DNA of 64,000 nt from the NCBI GenBank assembly GCA_047495785.1, contig JBLDXI010000026.1, positions 1,422,532-1,486,531 on the forward strand, given 5' to 3'. Below, piece after piece: positions 36,027 through 48,221 of this stretch (the stretch's first letter is position 1; the number at the start of each line of letters is the position of its first letter). The DNA is from Lepidodermella squamata (taxonomy: Eukaryota; Animalia; Gastrotricha). A program made the translations under genes and the position numbers. The notes under the pieces are model-generated. The model was not told where the DNA came from. It made no database searches and saw only the letters and a program-made list of their open reading frames with translations.

Positions 36027-38734
36027 TTAATCGGACGATTTCTTGTCTTTTTTGTTCTTTTTGCCAACAATGCTGAGCAGCGATTTCTTCGCCCTGTACG
36101 GCTTCTCTGGGGTACCATCGTTGTACTTCAAGTCATACACTAAAATCCAATTTTATCATTACAAGGCGATGAAATTCTCTTAGGATACTTACTTATGTTT
36201 AGGAATATTGTGTCAATTGCCATTTTATACACGCTGAAGAAGCATAGGGCAGCAAGAATCGAAGCGATTAGTTCCACCTAAAAACTTAAATCATCAGATG
36301 AATTTTCCGAAATAGCTTCACTTACAATCAGAGGAATGTAGAAATATTTAACGTTAGGAAGAATCTCAGGTGGAACATCGAATCCAATGAGGCTAGGATA
36401 GAATGTGAATAAGGCAAGTGTTCCTATACCAGAGACAATGATGAAGACTGATATGCCGATAAGAACTGCTGAGATGGTCTCGAGGACAACTAGCCGAACC
36501 GCATTTTCCACAATTAGCTTCAAAGCCTTTCTTCCTGAGTAGCAGAAATGCCTGCCCTTGAGTGCCAACTAAAAGTTTACGTAAGAAGTTATTAGAATTC
36601 GATAATTTTGCTACTTATTGGACTTACGATAATGTAAGCGTTCTTCGTGATGAATTTCAGCAGTTTCTCGACGCACCACAAACAGCATCGGAAGCAGCGT
36701 AGTAACAGGACCCCAACTGGATTATGCATCTTCCGGAATTGTATCTCGAAAAAGTGAATGACAGCTCGAATGGTTTGAATGATAGCAATGATAAGAGCTC
36801 CGAACGCCATCGTGCCCATGTGGTAGCGCACAGCGCGCCAAAGAGCTCCGAAAAGCTGGAATGTCTCCGAATCTCTGGTGCCATGATTCCAATACCACGA
36901 AGAAAAGGACCCGGCCAAAGTCGTGTAATTGAGCGCCAAAATAAAATTAATGATCCAGTACCATGCAAAAATCATAGCGATAAGCACTGGCCACATATCC
37001 CTAGGAGGAACTCGAAAAATGCGAAAACATTGCCTTAAAATGGCTCAGCTTACTTTATGTTGTTTTCCAAGGTCTGGATTGTGAGGTTTTGTTCGCCATT
37101 CGATGTAGAGGTCAAAAAGTAGATTAGGCCAATGAAAAACAACGCGTGAATTCCGAGCTGAAGAGCGAAAGGAATCACAGGCCAAGCTAGTGCCATCATA
37201 CTTCCTCCAATAGCTCGGCTGCTCTCAGTGACAACGGCAGCTGCCAGCCGGATTCGATTGAACAAAGCGCAAAATAGGATAAGGAAAACCAAAGCAACCA
37301 AGGTGGCCAACAGAGCTACAAGAAATCAGTCAGGGTCTTAATAACTTTAATTCAAAGGAGCGCTAACCTATGACGAGCCAGACATCCGTGGGAATCGCGC
37401 TGAGATCTTCGGCAGGAACGATTCCAAGAACTTTTTCATAGCCCTTGCTCAAGTTGTCGTAGACGATCCAAGTGAACGCGGCAGCTGTCAATGATCCAAG
37501 AACAAGAACGACTACTGTGAACCAAATCACACATGGCCCAAGGAATCTCATTAGGAAAATCCAAATGAAAGAAACAACCATGGTCATAACAGTAAACCTG
37601 CATGGCTCAGGTAAGAAAGCGTATTTAGGAAAGGAAAACGGCTTACACAATCAAATGTATCCAAGATTCTGCGAGGTCGTTGACGATATCGTTGAGGAAT
37701 GGCAGGGAGTTATGCGCTGTTTTCAAGTTCCTAGCAAATCAATTGATGAAAATGTTACACCACAAATTTATAATCCTTACTTCTTAGCAGCGTCAACATT
37801 GACAAGAGCCCTGTTGTCCTTATCGACAAACGTTTTCGCTAAATCAAGTGTTACGCTGTCATTTTCTCCAAGGAACTTGGGTTCGCATCGGAAGAGGAAT
37901 TCGGTAGATGGGAAAATGTAGGCTGGGCACCTTCCACTTCTGACGTTTTCCTCGACTGTTTTATCAAGTTCACCATTGGCACAAAAATCAGCTAAGGCTA
38001 TCTCCTCTTCCTGAGATTTGATCATTTTGCCTTCGAGTTTCGACAAAGCATCGTCTGGCCAGTTCCAAGTCACACCAGGGCAGCTGGCCACGCAAATCTA
38101 AGAGAGAAATGATCTTAGTCGCTAGTTCACTCATAAGGTTTTATTTTAGTACCGAAGGGTTGCAGCCGGTGGTTAGATAGGAGTTCGAATCAGTTGCAAT
38201 GCATTCGATCGGGTCTAATGAAAACAAAACCGGCTTGCTTTTCAGCGAACCGACGCCGCACATCTGTCCGCCTGGATTCGTGTGGCCTCTGAACAGAACG
38301 TAAGGATCGCCGAAGAAGAAACCGGCTAAACAAATGGCGATGAACGCAACGAAGACCACGCTGAAGAGCAGCAGGCAAAGGACATCTGTGCAGGACCGTT
38401 TAGCATCGAGAGGGCCTCGGAAGCGAGTTGGGCTTGTTGAACTGCGGTCCTTCTTACCGGAGTCATCTTGTTGTAGGATTGGCGGGACAGGTTCCATCAC
38501 CCCGACGGGTGAAGCTCCTGGATACATTCCACCCGGGGGTGGTGGAGGGGGCATCATCATCATAGGGGGTGGAGGAGGACCCATCATCATCATTTGAGGT
38601 GGAGGAGAGCCCATCGTCATTGGCGGTGGTGGATACGGTGCCCCGGGAGGTGGATAGTACATAGGAACCCCTGGAGGAGGAGGCGCAGTTGGCTGCTCGA
38701 CAGGAGCAACTTGATTGTTTCGCGGCAGACCCAT
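36027..38734 (-). CDS. Choline transporter-like protein (SLC44A2/A4-like) paralog B with Pro/Met-rich N-terminus
   Basis: FRGPLDAKRSCTDVLC, LAGSFSSWYW, RYHMGTMAFGALIIA, CCLWCVEKLLKFITKNAYI, YKMAIDTIFL, YDLKYNDGTPEKPY. Confidence 0.92.
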
Positions 38735-39162
38735 TCAACTGTACTAAAAATATTAAAGATTTGCCTTTGAAGGAAGGAAATGCTAATTCCAATGCTTTAC
38801 CTATTATCTCACTTCGCCCCGCCCACTGAGATAAGGCAGTACCAGTGACCTCCATTGCTTTATTATCACGGTGAATAGTAGTATGATAGGAAATTAGGGT
38901 GGAACCAAAAATTCGTCACACCCTTTTTACACGCGAAAAAACGAATCACTGTTTATTGCTGTCACATAAACATTACATTATCAGTACTCACAAAATATCT
39001 TGAGTCTATAGGAACATTTTGCTGAGCAGGGAGTCAGACGCAGCAGCCTTTTCCACCCAACTCTTTCTTCATAAAAAAAATATCGTAGAGAATTTTTTCA
39101 CCGATTTATGAGTTATAAAGTCTGATTTTGGTACAAAACATGCAGAATAATATCGACTAGCT

Positions 39163-41707
39163 TTAGGCAGACTTCTCGTTCTTCTTGCTGACGACATTGA
39201 GCAGCGATTTACCTGCTCGATAGGGCTTTTCGGGAGTTCCATCATTCTCCTTCAAATCATACACTAAATCGAAAATTTTTGAATCGAATGGAAAGGTCCA
39301 ACTTATCCAACTTACTCAAATTAAGGAATATTGTGTCAATCGCCATTTTGTAAACGCTGAAAAAGCAAAGGGCGGCTAGGAGAGATGCAATCAGCTCAAT
39401 CTGTAGGAGAAAATTAGGAGTTTTCACGGAATATTAGACAAAAAATTACAATTAGAGGAATGAAGAAGTATCGCAAAGTTGGCGAAATCGGTTTCAGCCA
39501 GGCCCAATTAACTAGAGCTGGGTTGAAAACGAATAGAGCCATAACACCAATGCTTCCGACAATCAGGAAAATAGAGATGGCTATCATTGCTGATGAGATG
39601 GAATCCAAAATCACCAGTCTTTTACGTAGATTATAAATAAATAATCAGCGGAATTTTGAAGTAAAATACCTAACGCTGTTGCTTGCAATCAAACTGAAAG
39701 CTTTTCGGGCCGAGGAGCAGAAATTTTTCCCACTTAAAGCTATCATGATATACGCGTTTTTTGTGATCATCTGAAGGAACCGTTCAAGGCAACACAAACA
39801 ACATCCTAAGCACCTGTATAAATTACAGAAAAAATAAGAAAAATCTTGGGAATAAAGGAATCCTTACTTGAGCAAGATTACCCCAATAGGATTGTTCATC
39901 TTTTTGAATTGCTTCTCTAGATACAGCAATATAGCCCGTATGGTTTGCACAATTGCGATGAGTAAAGCTCCGAAAGCCATAGATCCAAGGTGGTAGCGAA
40001 AAGCTCGCCAAAGAGCGGATAAAAGTTGAAGATTCTCCGCGTGTTTTGTCCCATGGTTCCAATACCAGCTGGAAAAACAGCCGGCGAGAGTGACGTAATT
40101 CAGTGCGAGGATGAAATTGATGATCCAAAACCAGCTGAAGATAATTCCTATGATATAGGGCCACATATTTCTGCCATAAAAAAATGCAAGTACATTTTGC
40201 AAAAATTATTGATTTTTTTACTTGATATTTTCATTCACAGTTGCCATGCTGATTTCTTGGCCAGATCGATTTGAAGTTGCGGTGAGGAAGAAAGCCATTC
40301 CGACTAAAAATAACGCGTGAATCACCATCTGCATCGCAAAAGGAATAACTGGCCAGAATAGGGTTCCTATACTTCCGGCAACGGCTCGGCTGCTTTCGCT
40401 AACAATTTGCGCTGCTAGGCAAATGCGGTTGAAAACAGCGCAGAAAATTATGAGTAGAATCAAGAAGGCAATCGTTAGCAGAATGGCGACGACGAGATAG
40501 ACATCGGTTGAAACCGTTTTAAACTCCTTCATAGGAATAACGCCGAAGAGAAATTCGTAGTCCTTCTTCAAGGCGTCGTAAATAACCCAGCAAAATGCGG
40601 CAGCTTTTAAAATTCAGTTAAAATTTCCAAAATTTTCAAAAAAACATACCAAGCCCGCTGCCAAAGACAATGAGAATTGTTGTTAGCCAAATCAAACACG
40701 GGCCGAAGAAACGGAGAAAAATGATCCAAAGGAATGAGACAGCCATAGTAATGAGAGTAAACCTAACAATTTTCGGGTAAAAATAAGCTATTTTCTGACG
40801 AAGATTTCCTTACACTAGGACGTGTGGCCACGATTCAGTTATATCTCGAATTACATCGCTTACAACAGGCATTGAATTGTGGGCTAGAGCCAAATTTCTG
40901 GAAATAGTTGTATTAAGGACAATTTTGAATGGATGATCCTTTTACTTGACTGCCTCGTCTGTTTTCAAAGGTCTTCCGTCCGAGTTCTTGAAGCTTTTCG
41001 ACAGGTTCAACATTGCTGTATTTCCGTTGCTCAAAAACGACGGTTCGCATCTGTAGAAATAATTAGTCGAATCGAATAGGTACGGCGGGCATTTGCCAGC
41101 TCGAACAAGGTCGCCAACTTTACCCGATAACTGTTCGCTTTCACTCAACGACCGGCAGTAATTTATCAACTGGGGGACATTTGCGACTAATTTGTCCACG
41201 CTATCTTGCCATGTCCAGGAGGGTATTGACGATGGGCATGATTCGACACAAGTACTAGGAGCGCACCCTGTTAGCATGTATTGATTAGGCTGGTCGGCGA
41301 TACAATTAATTGGGTCAAATGCGAATAGAAACATTTTATTGCGGAGAGGTCCGTTTCCGCACGTGGCACCGCTTGAATCACGCCCCATAAACAAAATTAA
41401 AGGATTGCCAATGACAATTCCAACAACTGATACCAGGATAAAAGCGGCAAAAACGAGGAAAAATAAAATTAGACAAATTATGTCAGTACAGGATCTGAAA
41501 CAAATTATTGAAATAAATTTTGATTTTCGGCAATTTTTGCTACCTTTTTGCTGAGAGAGGCCCTTTGAAGTTATCAAGAGCATTGCCTGAATTGTCGAGA
41601 TTCGGATCAGAGATTACAGGAGAACTGAATGATTTAGAGTCGTCAATATTCGCGGGTTGTTGCTGCAGCTCCTCATTTCGTTTTTTTGTCGACTGCGAAG
41701 CGCCCAT
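39163..41707 (-). CDS. Choline transporter-like protein (SLC44A2/A4-like) paralog C, tandem duplicate of paralog B
   Basis: MGASQS start, FKGPLSAKRSCTDIIC, LAGCFSSWYW, RYHLGSMAFGALLIA, ITKNAYIMIA, YDLKENDGTPEKPY. Partly shared intron positions with paralog B. Confidence 0.92.
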
Positions 41708-43947
41708 TTGTTATGTTTTTTTAGTTAAAAAAATATTTAAGGGTTATTACACTGAGGCGACTTCTGCCAAAGAAGCTAGACATCGCATCGGTTTGTATAG
41801 CATATATTAGTATTCGCACCCCTTGCTCGTATCATAAAGTATTCGAGCAGGCTTTACAACTGCTCTCTTTGCAAACACACACCTGCGTGGTTCATAATGC
41901 ATATAACGCTGCTTTTCATCCATCAGCTGTATATTAGTTATAATACGATAATTTTTCGCCTCGCATTTCAAGATGATGATGTTATTATTTTTTCAGCGTA
42001 TTATAGCGATATCGAGTCGTGGGTGACGAATTATGATTAGGCAGTTTTGCGGCTTTTCCCACCATCACCACCAGGTACAAAACCCCTCGGGGAAATATGA
42101 AGAAAGCTGCTGTCGAAAAATTGATCACAATTATGAATAAAATCGAATATGAAGAATGCGAATCCCACGAGTGTCCACTGAATCGACAGCGCGGGTCAGT
42201 TTTGATTACGATTTGAAACTGAATGACAAAATATCACGAGCTGTATGAATATATTGCCTGATATAGCGTGTTCAAATTTTCAAATCAGTCACCTAAAAAC
42301 CATAAACAATCATCGATCAACATCCCATATATTTTTGCTTTGATTCTCCTCACTGCTTGTTGCTTTTTATATTACCTAGCCTGGCATCTAAGGGTATACA
42401 TACCTACTTATTAAATTAATGAATTTTCTAATATGTGCTAATGTTCTTTTATACCTTTTACGCTATACATATAATATTATAAATTTTGTTGACATCGGAA
42501 ACTGAAACGGACTGAATTGACTGACCATCACGATTTTTCTGCCGGCACCTGTGCAGAAGGCGTGTATAACTATTTTTGTGAGCGTTCGATCTCGGACTTG
42601 AGACTTGAGCTCTTAATAAATAAATATATACCTGAAGATTTTCGAAATTCATTCATCAGATGAAATAATTGTTTTTGTTCACATATTATTCAGTTGTTTT
42701 GAGAGGAAGCAATCTTAATTCGCCAATTAAAAACCTCGTCATATATTGACTGCTGAAACGAGCTTTATTTATTTATTCAATCCTCAATCGTGTGAATAAT
42801 CTTACGATGCGTGAATAAATAGCCGCATGAAACATATGGCGCATAGGGACCAACCCCCGGCCCACCTTGTCGTTTTTCTTCGCCTTTCTTCGCCTAAGAA
42901 GTTTTTTAATAGCCTCATAATTCATCGACACCCACGTGATGATAATTTGCTACCACGCGTGGAAAAAGGTGACATGGCTTGTATATTCTTCGCCTGTACA
43001 AATTAATCATCATCGGTAGGTATTTTATATTTACCTTCATTATAGAAAAATTCAATTTTTTTTAAATCGCATTTGCACTGAAATAAATGCTGCTTGCCAA
43101 ACCTCAACTTTGATTGCTTGTTTGCTTTTCAGAAAATCAGCGCGTAGGTCGGTTTCCCCTTGAAATACCGTGTTTTACCCATGCATTACGATGAGATCCT
43201 CCATTGCTCAGATTTTTTGTAAATCAATTTTACATGCATAATTTTTCTGTCCAGCCTTTTAACAATAGAATGCCTAGACTTGAAAGCTAGATCTGTTTTA
43301 TTCTCAAAAATTCTAATGCCAAACCATGACGGAGTAGGTACCCATAACAGCATAGTTAAATTCTAGCAACAGTACCACCATAGCTTGGAGATTAGATGTC
43401 AGAAATATTCCATTGAATGGGGTCTTCCAATATGTTTTCCATTATATCAAGAAGATTTAGCAGCTAAACCGCTTTTTTGCCGCGTGCGTGGATGGGTAAT
43501 GAAATCGCGAGGTCATCGCCCCATAATAATCAAATGGGTCAACTGCCGAATTGCGATCCTCACTTGCTTATCCTCCAAGCCCTTTCGTCCACTGCTAAAA
43601 ATTCAAGTCATCCGATTGTCGGTTATTTGCCATTTTCTCCAGCAAGTAATTTATCGCCCGATCGTAATTTATGAGACCAATAATCCCACGGGGTGATCGA
43701 GAATGAGCTAATGCGGAAGCAGTATTATTTTTTTTTATTCCATGCCGTTTATATTATATCACAATCGAAGTCCATACACATCTGTGATATTTCCAGGTAT
43801 TTAATTGCGAAAAATTCCCGAAAATAGCGATAAAAGTAGCCGACAGTGTAGGTGTGTTATTCCCACGTGATGATAAATTTTCACTTCATTACAGAAAATT
43901 CGAACTACAATAAGATTTATTGTCCAATTTTTATAGAAGCAACAGTT

Positions 43948-44310
43948 ATGAATTCGAAACTTTTTCTAGTCATCCTCGCGATGACTTGGCAATACGCGGT
44001 CGGCGATGTTCTGCTCGGCAATGATGAGTTTGACGATGACAGCGATGAAATCAATTTGCTGGCGCCGAAAGACACCGATGCCTTGTTCATCCCCGCTCAG
44101 ACACCCTGGGTCGCGAGGCTGTTCCGGCAAAGCATTCGCAGCGACAACGGCGATAACGACAGCCCGTTATTTCGCCAACGCTTGCCGGCTGCTGTCAACC
44201 AGCGAATTCAAATACGAGCATCCCAAGATGCGGCTATGCGAAATGGCGGCCAGAGTCGTTACGTCGCGGCAATGCCAGGCGGCCAGCAGCGAATTTTGTT
44301 CATGGGCTAG
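43948..44310 (+). CDS. Small secreted protein, candidate neuropeptide precursor (120 aa)
   Basis: Signal-peptide-like MNSKLFLVILAMTWQYAVG, acidic spacer, Arg-delimited segments with repeated LFRQ / QRI / GGQxR, terminal Gly before stop. GC-rich coding-like island preceded by a TTTTTATAG acceptor. Confidence 0.65.
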   Translation: MNSKLFLVILAMTWQYAVGDVLLGNDEFDDDSDEINLLAPKDTDALFIPAQTPWVARLFRQSIRSDNGDNDSPLFRQRLPAAVNQRIQIRASQDAAMRNGGQSRYVAAMPGGQQRILFMG

Positions 44311-47300
44311 TATTAAAAAATCCTCGAAAAAAGTCATTATGTCGTAACTACTAGCCTGATTCATACCGGATTTCCGTCATATCTCATGAAATTTATAACC
44401 TGATTTTTGATTATAGATGAATCAGCGGCCGTGGGACCGTTCACGGTTGGCCCATCTTTGATCTCTAGCAATACTAATTCGGCCGCATTATAATCAAATT
44501 GTGTCTTGTTGATAAGCGTGAAATAAAATTACGATGAGTGATATAGCAGGTCATATTAATATTTTACTAATTAATTTTTGTAAAAGCGAGCAGCCCTCAA
44601 AATGAATAATAAAATGATTCGATTATGGACGTAAAATCTCTTGAAATTAAGTTATAAAAATAATGTACCAAAAAGCTCGTGTTTTTTTTGCTGCAATTTC
44701 TGATTTTTTTCCTAGCGAAATTTTGACATTTATAAACGGACAAAGTTTATTATGGGCAACCACCCAAACAATGAATAATGTTTTGCGGCGTTTATTTTAT
44801 TATTTGAACCCGACTCTCTTATCGGTGATTGAGTTCACTCAATACCCTGGGCTTATAGACGCAGGAAGGAAGAAGGTGAAGAGTTCTTGTTATGCAAGCT
44901 GATAGGTACTATCCTCTTCGATTTGGCCCACAATAATCAAAGCACAGGTGTGGCTTTTTAGTTTTTATTACTAATTTTCTCACGTAATTCACAAAAATTC
45001 CGATAACAAGAACGGCGGTCTCGTGAGTTCTAGCCGGGTAATACCTACAAGTTCGAAACCAGCTTGCCGATAACAAAAAACAGAGTTCACACCCTCTATC
45101 GACAACATGATTTGCCTCATTACCTTCACAAAAAAATGAGTTATTTTTTTCTGTTATTTTTTTTAAGTTAAATCTGCATACTTCTTGCGTCATAGCATCT
45201 TGTTATTTTTAAGCGTGGAAAATAAAAATATCAGTCACATTTATTTATAGATATTTACCGTATAAAAATAGCAACGAGAAGCGGCACGCGATCGCCAGGA
45301 ATCAGCATTTAACAATAGACCAAGCGTCTGATCGCAAAAAACCTGGATTTATTTATAGCCATTCAACACATAATCGGAGTGCTATGTATAGCTTAAGTAG
45401 CTATTATTGTCATTTTTGTCACTTCAAAGCAGAACAGCTATTTTTCGCCTCATGGATAACATCATGATAAATTGCCATGCATTAATCATACCCATCATTT
45501 TGTAAGACAAATTTCTTCGCCTGCGCTGATCTTGAAAATTAATATCACGAACCAGCAGCTCTCGAGTGAAGCAGATTTTCCGTTTAGATTGCAGCGTAGC
45601 ACACCCACCCGCCCTCGCACCTCCGTCGACGCGCATGAGATCATTATTTATTATATAGACTTTAATATAAAAAGATTTTTGCTTAAATTACTACTACTAC
45701 GACTACTACCTGTTCCTTTCCTTCTGTCTTCGCCTCGTAAGAGATCTCGAACTTTCGGAAGTTATTAAATAATCTTATTAGGCCTATAATTTCGAGCTAT
45801 TTTTACCTAGATCAAACCGCGAAAATTTTCAGTCCTCCAGGGCTTACCGTCGAGGATTTTGGTGCACAATTTGACCCGAATTACATTGATGCGCGGTTGA
45901 GCTAAAAAAAATTCAACTTGCGTAATTTTTTAATAATTTTTTTACCGCTTTCAATAATAAAATTATTCCTAATTTGAAATTTTAAAGGTTTTTAAGGTGA
46001 CTGGTCAATTATTTTTTACGGGTTAATTTAGTATAAATTAGCATAATGCTCGGCATCACATTTCCTTCAACCCTTATTCCAACTAATTTTCGCCCCTCTA
46101 ACCTTAAAAATATATTTTTCAAAAATGGCTCGTGCGTTCGCTCGTGCGCACATTTTCAGACGCGTTGGGCGGCGCGTGTTGTAGCAAGTTATTTTTCTGG
46201 GAACCGGCTGCTGTTTGCAAACCATCTGCAAGTCTTCAACTTCTCCCGCTTCTCAATCGTTCATGTCTTGAAAAATTTGAATTGCCCGCTCTTTTTCGGG
46301 CGATTTTTTTTATTTATCATCGTTATTTTTAGACCTGACACGTGCTCTGTTTTTTAATGATTTTATTGTTGATAAAAAATTATTCTTTTTCTAACTCAGC
46401 TTGTCTGAGCTCTTTTGTTCTAGCAGACTTGACTTCAAAAGGCTTAATTTTTTGAACTGACTTTGTACCAAAAATTCCTAAAATCTCATTTGGTTGACGA
46501 GCAATTTTTTAGCCATTATCTATTCATGATTTTCTCCCATCTAGAATGACTTATGTTACTCTCATGAGCTGCTAGTTGCTAATTTAAAATTTCGGCGAGG
46601 CGAATCGAATTTTTTTGAAAATTCATGAAGGTGGGCTACGTTATGAATCATCGATGTCTCAGTGTTTCGTCGGGCTTCTGAACAGGTATAGATAGATACA
46701 TGCGAAACGAAAACTTTTAGGCGAAATACCCTTGCTCGAGCGACAAAAATCGATAATTTTTTAATTATCGACAGGCTTAAAGTTAACCAGTCGTTCTATT
46801 TCACCTGCGTCGCTGAACATTATCATTTTAGGCGCTAATCCGTAAAAATCATAGACAGGTGTAGGACTTATGTATCGTCACTTATTTCATTATTTTTTTT
46901 TCGATAGATTCCTATTACTAAATGAAGCGCGTCGATATTAACCATAGTGAGAAGGTGCTGTGTTTTTTATATAAAATGGATCCTTTCAGCTTTACAACCA
47001 TAATGGAACCACTTTGGCATCATGTGGTTCTCGTTCGTTGTAGATGATGATAATCGCATCAAGAAATTTTTCTAGCAACGTCAAAAACTCTTTATATTAA
47101 TTTTCTATATATCCATTACTCTCCAATATTAGCGTAATTCAACCATTAGGTTTTTCCTACAAAAATAATATGTAGATGGTAGATTGACGAAATTTCCGAG
47201 TCGCATCTTATATTCGTAAGACATCTTGCCATGCATGTAAAAGCCGTAAATTAATAATGTCTTTTATACGGGCAGATGGTGCGCACAAATTTTCTCCCCT

Positions 47301-48221
47301 AATATTTTTTTGCAATCTCGCAATGATGTTTTATATTATATATAAAGGTCTTGCTGTATACAAATCACTTCATACCGTTCTTGATATTTTATTTCAGTGC
47401 TAATTCATGTGATCGGACCACTCGCACAAATCGCAATGGCGTCATTAGAATTACAATCTTGACCCTCTCGTTATTGCAATCATCGAGCATTTTATTTTAA
47501 GAATAAAATCTATCTTTCGATACATAACGATTCATTAAATTTTTACGGTTTACAACCACTATTTTTGTCCTATTATCTATCGTACTATCGATCTATTTTC
47601 CAGCTTTTTTGCGTAGTGGCGAATGTTAAGGTGGCTAGGTACTCGCATCGATGCGTAATGATGTTTTATTTTTTTTTGCGAACGAACTTTTTATTGTATG
47701 AATAACAAAAGCCGTTTAAATTTTGCTGAAGGCGCTGTATTAACTTTTATCTATTTTTTTCTCGCAAGTTGAATTAACCAGTCTGTCTGCCTGCCTCGCT
47801 ATCTTCCCATCCAATTAGCTGCTTTTTTCATTCAAAAATCTTACGATACTATTTCTGTTGCCAATTCTCGTCAAAGAGAAAAATGACTACCTACCTGTCA
47901 TAGCCGTGTCAATAGGCGTTTATTTCAATCCAAGTCTGACATTTTGATTTTTTGTTAGAAGGTATTACCAAATAAGTGTATTGAAAATTGCGAAGCATCA
48001 GCTTTCGCCATTGTTTTTATTACGATCAGCAGCCATCGGCACTATTTGTCATCAACAACTGTGTCCTAATCAAAAATCGTTGCTATTATTGGACAGCAAT
48101 TACTTCGTACTAAACAAGGCCACGCCGCCAGAGACAGCAGCTAATACGTATAGTATCTGCTTGCCCAGCGCGTGATTGATTGAGATACAGCTGTTCTACC
48201 CAGTTTTCATCGGCCAAAGCC

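Noticed and set aside
38738-38805. Acceptor upstream of the SLC44-B ATG as a trans-splice site
   Set aside because: A matching GTAAAG donor lies ~55 nt upstream, so an ordinary 5'UTR intron explains it.
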